Part shown: piece by piece, positions 39,961 through 53,028 of the stretch
Layout: each line of letters begins with the position of its first letter
How positions within the stretch are numbered: position 1 is the first letter of the stretch
Origin: Camelus ferus
Taxonomy: Eukaryota
DNA length: 64,000 bases
Assembly: GCF_009834535.1 (NCBI RefSeq)
Contig: NC_045698.1
Location: 6,202,001-6,266,000 of the forward strand
Reading direction: 5' to 3'
Position numbers and translations under genes: made by a program
Notes under the pieces: generated by a model
What the model was told of the DNA's origin: nothing
The model's database searches: none
The model's input: the letters and a program-made list of their open reading frames with translations, nothing else

Positions 39961-40634
39961 AGTCCACAATGAAAAGGAAAAAAAAAAGATAGAGGAAAAA
40001 ATTTAGCAGACCTTCATAATAAACACTCTGTTCTGACTGAAGGACTTTTTTTTTAATTAGTTATAGTCATTTTGAATAAAGGACTTTTGAAAGAACAGAA
40101 AGATAAGTTCATGGAAAAAACTGTCAAGTTAGAACACTGATCAGAGTCACAGTTTAAAAAGCTCTTCTTTACAACATTTACAATTTTATACAACTGTCTC
40201 CCACTGTAGGCTGTGGATATGTCATATTACATTTATTTCCCTAAACAGGCAGAAACAATCCCCCCATTAAAAAAAAAGAAAAAGAAAAAGAAAAAAAAAT
40301 ATTTTGTGCTTTTTAGTTAGGAAGCTATTACTCATCCACCAGTGACAGAGGGAAATACTTTACTGGGAAACTTGTTTGTGTTTTAGTTAAGGCTTTTTCA
40401 GTCATAAAATTATCTGTCCTTATAACCTGTAAGCTTCTACAAAAGCGGAGTGAGCTTCTGTACAAGACCATCAGACCAGGATCCTTTTTACATCCCTCGA
40501 ACCACTGATCATCACATTTTCATTTGCATAACTTTTGGTTATATTTTTGGTCACAATTCTTTGGGCAATATTTTTTATCAGTTTTTATTTTACACTTCTG
40601 ACTTAAATATTAATAACAACTTGCCTAAGTCTAT

Positions 40635-41390
40635 GTTTCACTACAGACAATCACCACCCTAAACTTTAAAATTCAGGTTTCACAACCTATTGCTAGCGTC
40701 AACAATTTTAAGAATTGTCAGACATGTTATCCCTTGCCAGTTCTCAGGAAACCTCAAACAATGTCCACAATTGCAATCAGTGCTATTAAAATACATCTTT
40801 GTCAAGGATATTCTCATCATTAATTATCCTTAACAAATGGTAGACTGATAAACATCCCAGGCAGAGTGGCTATAATTTTACACAAAAAATGTAACTCAGT
40901 CTGGTCATGTGACTGGATCTATATTTTCTACCATACTTTCTCTTTGATGATTGTTCATGGTGCTTCTTTTGCGATACTACTACAAATCGGATCCCTAAAG
41001 AGACTCAAACATTTGAAACCATATATATTACTATAAAATGCTAGAAGGATCAAGTATTTTGGACTATAAAGAATAGAGAATGAGGTAAAGATACGCTGCA
41101 CCTAATTATCCAGTAAAGACCCAAAGGCACATACAGGAATGAAATATTGGTGCACAAACTATAAATCAGACACATCAACCATAAATCAAACTATTAAAGA
41201 AACCTCAGCATGGAGGACACTCAGCCCTTCTGGCTGCAACTTTGATAAAGGACGATCAAAAAGGGAGATTTTGAACAAGAGTTCCCTCACTCTCAGGAAA
41301 ATGTGGATGGTCCTATAGCCGTGCTAACAAGTAACAACAAGAACCAGTTTTAATCACTTCCAATGGATCAATGGCAACTCAGCTCCATGA
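40635..41390 (+). pseudogene. pol: ERV integrase remnant
   Basis: HH...YC*(YWW)...KNCQTC zinc finger at 40652-40727; QGYSH; RVAIIL; IIQ*RPKG..EIL; SSL..R.W/GPIAVL (WxGPY motif) near 41300; WIN/ATQL (WIH..QL) near 41365. Confidence 0.65.
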
Positions 41391-41399
41391 CATCATTTT

Positions 41400-41720
41400 T
41401 AAAGCCACCCAGCCAGTGGCAGGCCACCCTGCTGGAAGTCCACCTATGGGCAGCATCCGCGTGTCAGCAACCACTGTTTTGAAAGCCAGCCCGTCAGCAC
41501 CATACACACCCTAGTGACGGGGACTGCCCAGGTAACAAAACAAACGCCCCAGCACTTCCACCTGTCAAAGTCCACAGCCTTGTAGCTACGCGCTCCCCAG
41601 AATTCTGTACGAAACGGCCCCCCGATCTGCTTGCAGAGGCTGTTCCTACAAGCATAACTTTCTTTGACAGCAGCATGTAATAAGTTCAGCTTCGCTGGGT
41701 GGTGGCCTCCTTCTTTGATA
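41400..41720 (+). mobile_element. 3' LTR of the provirus
   Basis: Poly(A)-signal-like 'taataagttcagcttc' and similarity to 35190-35383. The 5' boundary is approximate. Confidence 0.65.
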
Positions 41721-43269
41721 CCCTAATAAACAGACCCATTGATTAATTTAGTTTTGATAGTAAATGTTTTGCACTTTTTTTCCTTTTAAATGTGTAGCAA
41801 ATTAATGCAGGAAAGGGTAAGGCACACGTGTGCACACTGGTGGACAGGTCTGTCAGATCTTTCAGATTTCCCCAAGGGAAAATCTTTGGTTATTTGAGAG
41901 AAAAAGCAATTAAAAGATAACAGTTTTATAACAGAAAGTTCAGAAGCACTTGCCTGGGTTTCTCTTAAGAGAATCAAGAAAGCAGGTGTTTCTCAGAACA
42001 GTCCCACCTTCAGGGAGTGTTCAGGTTAATGGGCTGTCAGCCACTAGCTCCTTCTGATGGCTTGTCTTGCTCTGCATCCTGCATCCATATAAGCTTTGTG
42101 AACACGGAACTTATCTAACTTCCTCTATAGCTTCGCCTGAATTCATATGAGGAAGAGCAAATAGTAAAACTTCCATACCAGATCGTAATTATATATTATA
42201 TAGGATCATATCTCCCGACATCTTTTCCTAGAACAACCACCTCTTTGTGACTCTGACGAGAACACGCAGCGCCCAGCCACCCACCCCCATTCTCCCAACA
42301 CACACACATTATAGGCAGATGACTTATTCTAACTCTAACGGATCAGAAAACCCACATGACGTTCTTCTAAAAGAAAGGGAACGAGACATCAAGGGAGAAT
42401 CATCCAGCAGTTTGGTTGAAAGGCTCCTTGACTTTAATCTTTTTTTTTTTTTTTTTTTTTTTGCAGTCGTAGCTCCTTCCATAATGTGAAAATACCGAAA
42501 GGAAAAGAGATGATATCATAATAGAAAGTTCATAAAATTTGATTTCTCCCATGGTGGTGGAAGGATTAAGCACCACTCATATGATGCACAAAGTAAAATC
42601 CACTAACGTCAGTGAAAGTAATATGATCATGAATGTAAAACAAAATAGCCTTAAATGTTATTCAAAGTTAATTTCAATTTTAATAATGACCACTTTTCCC
42701 TGATCTTTAAATGATTCATAATACGATCATGTGTTAGAAGAACAGCTGAGTTGGCGCCTCTTTATGGGCATAAATTAAGAGATAGTAAAAAGCACTTAAT
42801 AATTTCAAATGTTTCTTTAATATCCTAGTTAACATTCTTGTTGCTAATGAGCTGGTTTTAAATTGCACTATTCCATTACTCCTTAGAGAATATGCTTAAA
42901 TATAGTCTTCCTTCAAACTATATCATAGCAGTTTGTTAATTAAAAATAAAGGATAAGTTATTCCTACAACTATAGATGAGAAAATACAGAGTTTGAATAG
43001 CAGTAAAAAGATACTACATAATTCCTGGTTTATTGCAGGTTAAATCATGGTTGACAGTGAGTGCAAGACTAAGCAGGACAGAGCCCTTATGATTGATGTG
43101 ATCAGTGGGCACCGCTTTCTGAGATAATCAACAATTGCCACTACGTGTAAGTTGTACATTTCAGACACATGGAAGGAACTTGTGGCATCAGTAGTTTTCC
43201 CAAGAGGAAATAACACGTTCAGATGGGATATTGATAATGACATGTGCAAGGTTAAAACAGAACCAAAAA

Positions 43270-43640
43270 GATGTTTCAGCACCCCAAATTTAGCAACTGT
43301 AAAGCTATGACCAGCAGAGGTGTATGTCGAGGGGGGAGGCAGCTTCCAGAACCCAAAGAGAGAGCCTGTGGCTACAGAAAAGGTTGGCCCACAAGAAGCA
43401 GTGCCCTTCAGGGAAAGACCATAGCCGCCGTAGACCCACAGTCCAGGAGGCGGGGAACCAGGATGAATATTCAAATTTTCTTTTCCTTCCAAACTGTGAT
43501 CTTCTTCCAGTACCCTTCATTGCACAAGTTCAGTTGGAAAGCTGGGGACAAAGAAACCAACTGAAACAGCCCATAAAGGCAAGAACTGAGGAGACAGGAG
43601 GAGAACAGCTCTGGAGAAGCAAACGGGATTATTTGACACG
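43270..43640 (-). mobile_element. ERVL LTR (LTR41-like)
   Basis: 'gatcttcttccagtacccttcattgcacaagttcagttggaaagctggggacaaagaaacc...ctctggagaagcaaacgg'. Confidence 0.55.
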
Positions 43641-43814
43641 TTAGCTTTGCTGCTCTCTACCTGCAGAAGAATTCTTCTCCCCTTAAAAGGGCAGCAAGGA
43701 CATCACCTTTCCACAGAGGCTGTCCGCTCTGAGAGGTCAGCTGCTCTCCGAGCCCTTCAGGCTGACTGCACGGTATTGTTTCCTCTCCTGCAGAGTTGCT
43801 CGGCGCGACCTCAT

Positions 43815-43918
43815 CATGAACAGAGACCCTGACTTATTAATCACCGTCTTCCCAGCACCGGGCAGGATACCTGGCATGAAGTGTGTATAAGAAAGGTTCA
43901 TTGATTGAATAAATGTAT
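43815..43918 (+). mobile_element. L2 3' end
   Basis: 'tcaccgtcttcccagcaccgggcaggatacctggcatg...ttgattgaataaatg'. Confidence 0.6.
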
Positions 43919-44959
43919 AACCTATTGGCGTAACCAAAATGTTTTAATATTAGTTAATATTATGAAGGGATTTTTCATTAAGTGAGGGAATTATAACTAT
44001 AGTGAAACCTGGTCCTCCCAGATCGGCCACTGACGCTGTGTTTACTTCAGTAGCAATCTTATTTTTCCCTAAGGCTGCTTTTACAGAGCTTTCAGAATAC
44101 TGCATTTCCTGATCATTCATTACTACCATGCACCCTCAATCAGAGACACTATCTTAACGAAATTTACCCATAACAGAGAAACACCTAGCTTCGTATTTCC
44201 CCCTAAATCCTGTCCTCAGCCCTGTTTGTCCTTCGATCCTGGTCTGGTGATGCGCCCCCCTGACTCACCTCCAAACACAGAGCGAGCACGTTCAGTGGTC
44301 ACCAAGTTCATTTCCGACCAGTCTCTCTGAGTCAAGCTGAGACTAAGAGGAGGTTTCCTAGTAAATTCCCTAAACATTTTAAGAATCCAAGTTCCTCTTC
44401 CTCACATTCAACTCTAGGGGTTTTGCCAGCTGAGTTCTGCCCTCCTAGACCAGGTCTCAGGGCTTCTCTTTCCCTTTCTGTGCTTCTTCCAGAGAATCCA
44501 CTCTGTGAAAGTCCCTGGAGTCCCTCTCACTACTTGATGTGGCTTTTTTTAAATCAAAATATTTCTTCCAAACAAATGTAGTAGAAAGCTCCGTCCATTG
44601 TAATCATCAATGGATATTAATTTGCAGAAGAACTAAAAGCCAACATTGATCTAGAGCCAGCTCTCCTTCTAAATGAACTCACTTAATCCTCATTAATGAC
44701 CTATACAATAGGTGCAATTATTAACCCCATTTTAGGGGATGAGAAATGGAATGAAATCAATTAATTCCTCCCATTACAATGACCCGCATGGGCTTGGTCC
44801 AGCCTGAGTAAATCACCAGCCAGAGGGATGGGTGACCGTGTGTGTGTTTTGTCCTAATCAAGACCATTCCAGCTGCCTGATCAGGGATCTCCACGCTGCA
44901 CTGGATGGTGGTGGAGTGTAATTAATGCTGAGGAATAAACAGAAACAGTCTCATTTCCA

Positions 44960-45160
44960 GGAATCAGAGCACAGTGGCCAGGAACACCACTGTGGAGCAG
45001 ACCTGGCCTCGGTGCAGATCCTGGCCCATCACTCGTTAACCACGTGGCTTCAGGAAAGTTGCTTAACACCTCAGAGCTCCAGTTTTCTCATCTGAGAGGT
45101 AGGATAATACTGGGACCTACCTCGGTAGGCCTGGTTTAAGGATGCAACGAGCTTGGGTGG
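44960..45160 (+). mobile_element. MIR
   Basis: 'gatcctggcccatcactcgttaaccacgtggcttcaggaaagttgcttaacacctcagagctccagttttctcatctg'. Confidence 0.7.
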
Positions 45161-45504
45161 GTTCATGGTGAGAGACAACATACAGGCTGCTACACTGTCA
45201 TTCCCAGTGAGATTTTGTGGCCCAAACACATATTGTAACATTTACTGTCTCTGTTTGTGATATGCCAAGGAGACAATATAGCTTCAGGCTAGTAAAAAGT
45301 TCCTCAAACTTTCGTATTTTAGGCACCAATAATATTTCTCACAGAGAGGGGAAAACTGAAAATAAAGGCTTTGGTCAGCAAGACAGACTGTAAGTTTTAA
45401 TGCCATAAACATGCTTGTAACTCTTAGGCGAACAGTCTTCCCAAATGTGGTCTCATTCGTACTCCCACAGCTAGGAGACAGAAATCACTCCTGTTTTACT
45501 TATA

Positions 45505-47472
45505 TATTTGTTTTTATTGACGTGTAGTCAGTTTACAATGCTGTGTCAATTTCTGGTGTACAGCACAACGCTTCAGTCATACGTGAATATACATACATTC
45601 ATTTTCATGTTCTTTTTCACCATAAGCCACTACAAGACATCTAATATAGTTCCCTGTGCTATATAGTATGAACTTGTTCATCTATTTTATATATACCAGT
45701 CAGTCTGCAAATCTCAAACTCCCAATTTATCGCTTCCCACCCTCTTTCCCCCATCTATGTCTGTGAGACTGTTTCTGTTTTGTAAATAAGTTTATGTCTT
45801 TATTTTTTTAAGATTCCACATATGAGTGATCTCATACGGTATTTTTCTTTCTCTTTCTGGCTTACTTCACTTAGAGTGACATTCTCCAGGTCCATCCATG
45901 TTGTTGCAAATGGCATTATTATTTCATGGCTGAGTAGTATTCCATCATATAAATATACCACAATTTCTTTATCCAGTTATCTGTTGATGGACATTTAGGC
46001 TGTTTCCATGTCTTGGCTATTGTACATAGTGCTGCTATGAACACTGGGGTGCAGGTATCTTTTTGAATTAAGGTTCCATCTGGATATACGCCCAGGAGTG
46101 GGATTGCTGGATCTATGGTAAGTCTCTTTTTAGTTTTTGAGGAATCTCCATACTGTTTTCCATAATGGCTTCACCAAACTACATTCCCACCAGCAGTGTA
46201 GGAGGGAGGGTTCCCTTTTCTCCACAGCCTCTGCAGCATTTATCATTTGTAGACTTTTGAATGATGGCCATTCTGACTGATGTTAGGTGATATCTCATTG
46301 TAGCTTTGATTTGCATTTCTCTGATAATTAGTGATACTGAGCATTTTTTTCATGTGTCTATTGGCCATTTGTATGTCTTCATTGGAGAATTGCTTGTTTA
46401 GGTCTTCTGGTCATTTTTGAATTGGGATGTTTGTTTTTTTCTTATTAAGTTGTATGAGCTGTTTATATATTCTGGAAATTAAGCCCTTGTCAGTCTCATC
46501 TTTTGCAAATATTTACTCCCATTCCATAGGTTGTCATTTTGTTTTGCTTATGGTTTCCTTTACTGTGTAAAAGCTTGTAAGTTTAATTAGGTCCCATTTG
46601 TTTATTTTTGTTTTTATTTCTATTGCTTGAGTAGACTGCCCTAGGAGAACATTGCTGAGATGTATGTCAGAGAATGTTTTGCCTGTGTTTTCTTATAGAA
46701 GATTAATTGTCTTGTCTTATGTTTAAGTCTTTAAATCATTTTGAGTTTATTTTTGTGTATGGTATAAGGGAGTATTCTAACTTCATTGATTTACATGCAG
46801 CTGTCCAGTTTCCCAGCACCATTTGCTGAAGAGACTGTCTTTATTCCATTGTAAGTTCTTGCCTCCTTTGTCAAAGATTACTTGATCAAAAATTTATGAG
46901 TTCATTTCTAGGCTGTCTATTCTTTTCCATTAATCCATATGCCTGTTATTGTACCAATACATGCTGTTTTGATTGCTGTAGCTCTGTAGTGTTGTCTGAA
47001 GTCTGCGAAGGTTATTCTTCCAACTTCATTCTTTTTATTCAGTAATGTTCTGGCAGTTCTGGGTCTTTTGTGATTCCATATACATTTTAGGATGATTTGT
47101 TCTAGTTCTGTGAAGAACGTCCTGGGTAATTTGATAAGGATTGCATTAAATCTGTAGATTGGTTTGGGCAGTGTGGCCATTTTAACAATAATAATTCTTC
47201 CAATGCAAGAACATGGGATATCTTTCCATTTCTTTAAGTCCTCTTTAATTTCCTTAGTCAGTGTTTTGTAGTTCTCCACATACAAGTCTTTCACTTCCTT
47301 GGTCAGATTTATTCCTAAGTATTTTATTTTTTTGGATGCAATTTTAAAAGGGATTATTTCTTTACTTTTTTTTCTGATATTTCATTGTTAGTGTAAAGAA
47401 ACGCCACTGGTTTCTGTATGCTGATCTTGTGTCCTGCTGCCTCGCTGAATTCTGTTATCAGCTGTAGTATTT
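45505..47472 (-). mobile_element. 5'-truncated L1 (about 2 kb; ORF2 C-terminal part plus 3'UTR)
   Basis: ORF 46917..47294(-) [28 protein letters not shown]...IYRFNAI is L1 ORF2. Typical 3'UTR at 45505-45900. Confidence 0.95.
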
Positions 47473-47529
47473 TGAGAGGATCAGAAACTTCTAATATCAG
47501 ATAAAGAACAAAATGGGAGGAAAATCGGG

Positions 47530-48027
47530 TCTATTGGGTTTCTGTTGCTGCTGTGACAAGTAACCAAAAACTTAGTGTCTTAACACAAATTTATTATCTT
47601 CAGTTCTTGACTTTTGACCATAGTCCAAAATGAGCTTCAGGGACTAAAATCAAACTGTCTGTAGGGCTATGTTCCATTTTGGAGGCTCTGGGGAAGAATC
47701 TGGTTACCTACCTTTTCCAGCTTTCGAGGCTGCCTACATTCCCTGGAGACAAGCCCCTTCCTCCATCTGCAAACCCAGCAACAGCTGATCTTGTCCGTAT
47801 GACATCACAGCCCTCCGTCTCTGACCTTTCTGCCTCCCTCTCCCACTCTCGTGATTACACAGGGCCCATAGGGAGAGTCTCCCCACATCAAGGTCAGCTG
47901 ACAAACAAACTTTAATTCCACCTGCAACCTTAGTTCCCCTTTGCCATACAACATAACCTATTGACAGGCTTTGGGGATTAGGGTGTGCACATCTCAGGGA
48001 CATGGGAGTCACTATACTGCCTACCAT
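47530..48027 (-). mobile_element. MaLR LTR (MLT1C/D-like)
   Basis: 'ttgctgctgtgacaagtaaccaaaaacttagtgtcttaa...tggaggctctggggaagaatc...ggggattagggtgtgcacatct'. Confidence 0.85.
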
Positions 48028-48129
48028 ATTTTAATTCTAAACAATACAAACTATTAAATATAATGCTAAGTCAAACCCATTGTGAAGATATTTTGAATTT
48101 CCTGTAATTAAAGAAAGAACAGTGTTTTC

Positions 48130-48700
48130 TATTTACAATAGCCAAGACATATAAGCAACCTAAATGTCCATTTATAGATGACTGGATAAAGAATTTGTGG
48201 TATATTTATACAATGGAATACTACTCATCCATAGAAAAGAATGGAATAATGCCATTTGCAGCAGCGTAGATGGACCTGGAAATTGTCATACTAAATGAAG
48301 TAAGTCAGATAGAAAAAGAAAAATACCATATGATATCACTTATGTGTGGAGCAAAAAAAATAACACAAATGAATTTTACAAAACAGAGACAGACTCAGAC
48401 ATAGAGAACAAACTTGTGGTTACCAGGGGAGAAAGCTGGTGGGGGGAAGTATCAACTGGGAGTTTGGGATTTGCAGACACACACTACTGTACATAAAATA
48501 GATAAACCACAAAGTCCCACTGTACAGCACAGGGAACTACATTCAGTACCTTGTAATAGCCTACAATGAAAAATTATATGAAAAGGAATATGTATATATT
48601 ATATATATATACACATACACATATATATGTGTAACTGAATCACTATGCTGTACACCAGAAATTAACACATTGTAAACTGACTATACTTCAATTAAAAAAA
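48130..48700 (+). mobile_element. L1 3' end (camelid type)
   Basis: 'tttacaatagccaagacatataagcaacctaaatgtcc...gtaaactgactatacttcaattaaaaaaa'. Confidence 0.9.
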
Positions 48701-49614
48701 TCAAAGTAAATTTTAAATATGACAGAGCTTTAAGGTGATGACTTTTCATTTCATCTGTATAGTATTTGTTCTAGTGAGAGCCAAATAAGTGATTAGATGA
48801 CTCCAAGGAAAATCACTCTCGTACACTCCTGAATTCAGGAATCAAAGGGAATCAAAAGAGCACAGCATCGTCAGACTTCCTGAGCCGCCACTGTGCCTTG
48901 AGAAGAGGTTGCTGCGTCAGCGGAAACATCTCAGCCTTCAAACACTTACAGCATTTAATTTCTTACATCTTCCAAAAGACATCAGATTACAAGACAGGTA
49001 AGAGGATCCAGCTATAGGCCAGAGATGAAAAACCAGTGGTCCTTGGTCATCTCAGCCATGCAGATATGGAGAGATGTTCAATTTTCCGTGAGTGACTTGT
49101 TTTTTTCTATGAACTTTTAGATTAGTTACCACTTGAAAATCAGGATTCCCAGCTTTTTGGCAAATAAACCTCGTGAGACAGCTGTTGGTATCACTGGTGT
49201 GTTTCCAACAAGCTGACAGCCTACAGAAACCAAAGAGCAGCCGGCCCTTAGAGGATGAATCCTCAGCATTGATTCTGCCCCTTCTTATCTCTAACCCTTT
49301 TATCTGCCATGGTCCACATTTGCCTTTGGGCCCCTTACTCTGGGCTAATAAGCTGGAATAGCCCAAAGGAATACGGACTCCCCCCACATGCCCTGCAGGA
49401 GGGAGGGATGGGGCGGAGGGATGTAGCAAGGCTGGGACAGGGAGATGAAGGGGCAGAAGTGGGGACTTCCTGCTGGGATTTGGAGGACACCGGGACCTTA
49501 GGAGGGGAATATTTTAAGATCCACCTTGAGAACATGTAAGACACATGATGAATGAGCCAGGAAGGAAGAGGAGCTGGAAAGCGTGAGTTTATTACTTTTT
49601 CTAGTAGCAAAGCA

Positions 49615-49790
49615 GCTAAAAATAATCATTTCCAATAGTTAAGGCTTTCTAAGTGTCAAACAGTGTGCTTGCAGGTTTACAGACATTAGCCCATGGAATC
49701 CTCCTAATGACATTATTTTATCCTCATCTTCTAGACAAGGAAATGAAGATTCACAGATATTAAGAACATTTGCCAAAATTATGGAGCTAG
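49615..49790 (-). mobile_element. MIR
   Basis: 'attattttatcctcatcttctagacaaggaaatgaagattcacagatattaagaacatttgccaaa'. Confidence 0.6.
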
Positions 49791-52700
49791 GGGAGAGGAG
49801 AAAGAAAGAAACCAAAAAGGAAAGAGGGAGGTGAGGAGGAGGGAGGGGAGGCAAGGGAAGGGAGGGGAGAGGTGAAAGAGGAAGGATTCCACCATTTAAC
49901 CATTCGCTGCACTTCCCATCTTACCCTTGCTCAGGGCACCGAGTACTTACCAGGGGCGTCCACCCCGGCAGCATAAAGTCAACCAAGCCCGGGGCCAGCA
50001 CACAGGAGAGGGCAGTTTGCTCAGCGGTGGGGGGTGGCAGTTAATGCCTCCTCAGTCCCTCAGTTGGATCCTTTCATTTCATTCTCATTATTCAAGGTGT
50101 TTGATTTTGAAAATGGGAGGGGGAAAGGAACATTTTGGTGAAGGAGAGACTAAAATTGAGAAGAAGAGAACTTTGAGGGGTGAAGGACACCTGCTTCCTG
50201 GGGTCTCTGGAGCTGGTTTAAGCCTCCCAACCAGGGAGGGATTCAGACGTTCCAGATCGCCGACCTCTCAGAACTTGGTCACTTGAGCTGCTGAGCAGCT
50301 GACCTGTGTCCAGAGTCGCAAAGTGAAACACTCTCCTGCGGAGGCCCCTCCCACCTCCTGGCCTCTTCATCCCCCAGCCTTCTGCCTGGAGCTGCGGCAG
50401 CTCTGAAACCTGCCCGAGTCTTCACTCCCAGGATCCCAGGGCAGTGGGGTCTTCCAGGAGCTGTGCTGGCAGAGCTGTGGAACAACAGTGTGCTGCCAAG
50501 AGAGGAGGGCGAAGGTTTGGGATTATTTGTGGGGATACATTAGGCATCCCTGAGGGCCTTCCAAAAATCACTGGAGTGGAAGGGGTCCTTGGGGCAAAGG
50601 ACTGATGTTCCATCACTAACATGGAAAGGACCGGGCAACCCCAAGACTGCCAACTAAAACACACCACGGCCCCATGAGCAGTTCCTGTAATCTTTCAGTA
50701 GAGATGGTTTATGCCTTTCACATGGATGGAGCCCAGCTTCTCCTAAGTAACTATCTGCGTCTTCTTAGCATCTCTCACAATTCCAGGAGGATGGCACCAA
50801 AGATTTTTTAAAAGATCATCCCTCTTAGCACCAGTGAAGGTGCTTGGAAACAGGGTGGGAATATTAATTGGGATAAATTTTCTAAAGGGCGGTTTTGTAA
50901 TCAAATCAAAAGCCTCAAATACATTCCTAGCTTGGACACAGTAATTTCATTTACAGGAAATGTCCTAAGATGTACTTACCAAGATAGTCATCACAGCCTT
51001 GTTTGTAATGACACTTGGAAACCACCTAAATTCCCCCAAACAGGGGCTGCACATTCCTGGCAGGGGACGATGGAGCCACTTGGCGTGACGAGGAAGCAAA
51101 CACTGTGCTGCACGGAACGTGTTTATGTAAAAGGTTAAGGGAGGAAAAATGGGTTGAAGGGTATTTATACAAATATTTGCATATTCTCAATAAAATGAAC
51201 GTTAAGTGGTAACAGTCTTCTCTGGGTGACAAGTTTATATGGCAGGTACTGCTTTTTACCCAAATATTCACCAGTCTGCCCTCCTTCCCAAGGGAAGCTT
51301 TCCTTTGTTTGAAATTGCCCTGTACCAGGTAAGGAAGAACAATTTCCAACCTCTCCTGCACCTGGAGGTTTAACCGAATGGGATGGCGCAACCATCTGCC
51401 AGCAGTTCTTAGGAACATTTTGCTGCCATGCCCCAGGAGCACCCTGCGCTCCCCATCCCCTCTTACCCGCTTCCTGTCTGGAGTTGCAGGAGGGAAAAGA
51501 CCACTTGCTAAGGAGAGTAGAAACATTCTGAATAGAGGTGCTATAACATTCTCCCACAGGTATTTGTGTGAATATAAAATTCACTTCTGCAGGAGTGCAG
51601 TCGCTGGGTCATATAGAAAATCTGCATGTAATTTATAAGACAATGATCAGCTGCTCCCCAGAGAAGCCGTACCATTTTACGTGGGCACATCACAATCATT
51701 GATCAAGGAACGAAGCTGGACCCGCTGACTGGTAGTCCAAAGATCTTTCTTCAAAATTACCCTTTCCCAAATGTACTTCTCAATATGTTCATGTTCACTT
51801 TAATCCAACATTTGAATGTAACTCTGCTGAATGAATGCCGTAAACATTATTATTGTCTTAACATTGTCATTATTTTAGTATGTGTCAGCACCCTCTCCTC
51901 CCCCAAATCTGTGATTTAGAATCATTTCTGTCTTGTCCAAGTTGGAGAAATGCAACGAGACATACAAGATGCTGTAAGTGTCCACGGCCAGCAGCAAGTG
52001 GAAACATGGGGAGATTTATTAGCCTCTGGAACGGTAGGTAATTAAAGTTTCTAAAACCTCAAATCATGACTTCAATCTTTAGGTTTTTTCTCCCTGAAAG
52101 AACTTAAAATATCTTATCTTCTTATAGAATGCTGAAAAGTTCTATTTCCTATTTCTCATCAATGCATAATTTCCATGAACCCAACAGTGATTTTTCACAG
52201 AGGCTTGACATTAAAGGTACTGAAATTTTTATGGGCTCCGTGGCCTTGAGCAGTTCAAAACCATAACATAGAATCTCTGTCTCTTTAAGAAATAACGTCT
52301 ATTTTCTAGCAAATGCTTCAGTTATTTTTGCAAACCTGGAAAAACATTCCTTGTGTAAGTTCATTGCATAAATGAGCCATTTTAACATCATTTATCTGAT
52401 AATTCAACAGGGAACTTACTGAACAAACAATAGTCTTGAAAAAATATTACAATGATCTTTTTAAAAGATCAAAGGGTTTAGATGCCTCATGGAGGAAGCA
52501 TAGGATAAAGAAATATTTTAAATTATGTTTTGGTAACATTTAGGGAACTCTAACTGATTAAACGAATAGGTCTAAGTTGCACAGCAGCCCAAACACCCAT
52601 AAGAGTTTGGTTCTTATGCACGTATACCTTCCAGGCTAATTGGGCCAGGAGGGGTGGTAGGAGGGAAAATAAACTATTGGTATATCAGCAATATGAATGA

Positions 52701-53028
52701 ATTTCAAACTAATCCTGCTGAGCCTTCTTGGGGTCCCTGGTGGCAGTGCCAATGCCTTAGTCAACACGTGACTTCTGAGGACTCACTTGGCACTTCCAGT
52801 CAGCACTTGAGCAGGGACTGGAAGAGACTCACACCTTTTCCACTGCTCACAGCCCACCGTTCAGAATACTTGTTTGATTCACCTAAAGGCACTCAGGTAG
52901 AGAAATGAAGTCCTTCTCTGGGGAGCCACTTCCCAGGAACAACTCCAACCTACAGTGGAGAACCGCCCATCTTTTATGGACAGTAAGCTCTCTTTGATAA
53001 ACTATTGTTCAAGAACTTGTCATTTGTA

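Larger units (their letters stand above)
35190..41720 (+). mobile_element. Ancient class I (ERV1-type) endogenous retrovirus provirus, heavily decayed, RT core and env apparently missing
   Basis: Paired LTR-like ends, a PBS, and collinear gag/pro/RNase H/integrase motifs translated by hand (see sub-features). Confidence 0.82.

Noticed and set aside
40450..41320. Apparent endogenous bornavirus M/G element (GHNSLGNIFYQF, CSWCFFC, furin-like RSKR followed by K..TL...W)
   Set aside because: Motif spacing is inconsistent with bornavirus M/G, and such short matches across three frames are expected by chance. The same bases are better explained as retroviral integrase in its expected position after RNase H.
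36145..41390. Gypsy/Ty3 retrotransposon interpretation
   Set aside because: The RNase H (YAF..VHDF.MLWKQ), matrix and capsid motifs and the Gln-like PBS fit class I ERV better.
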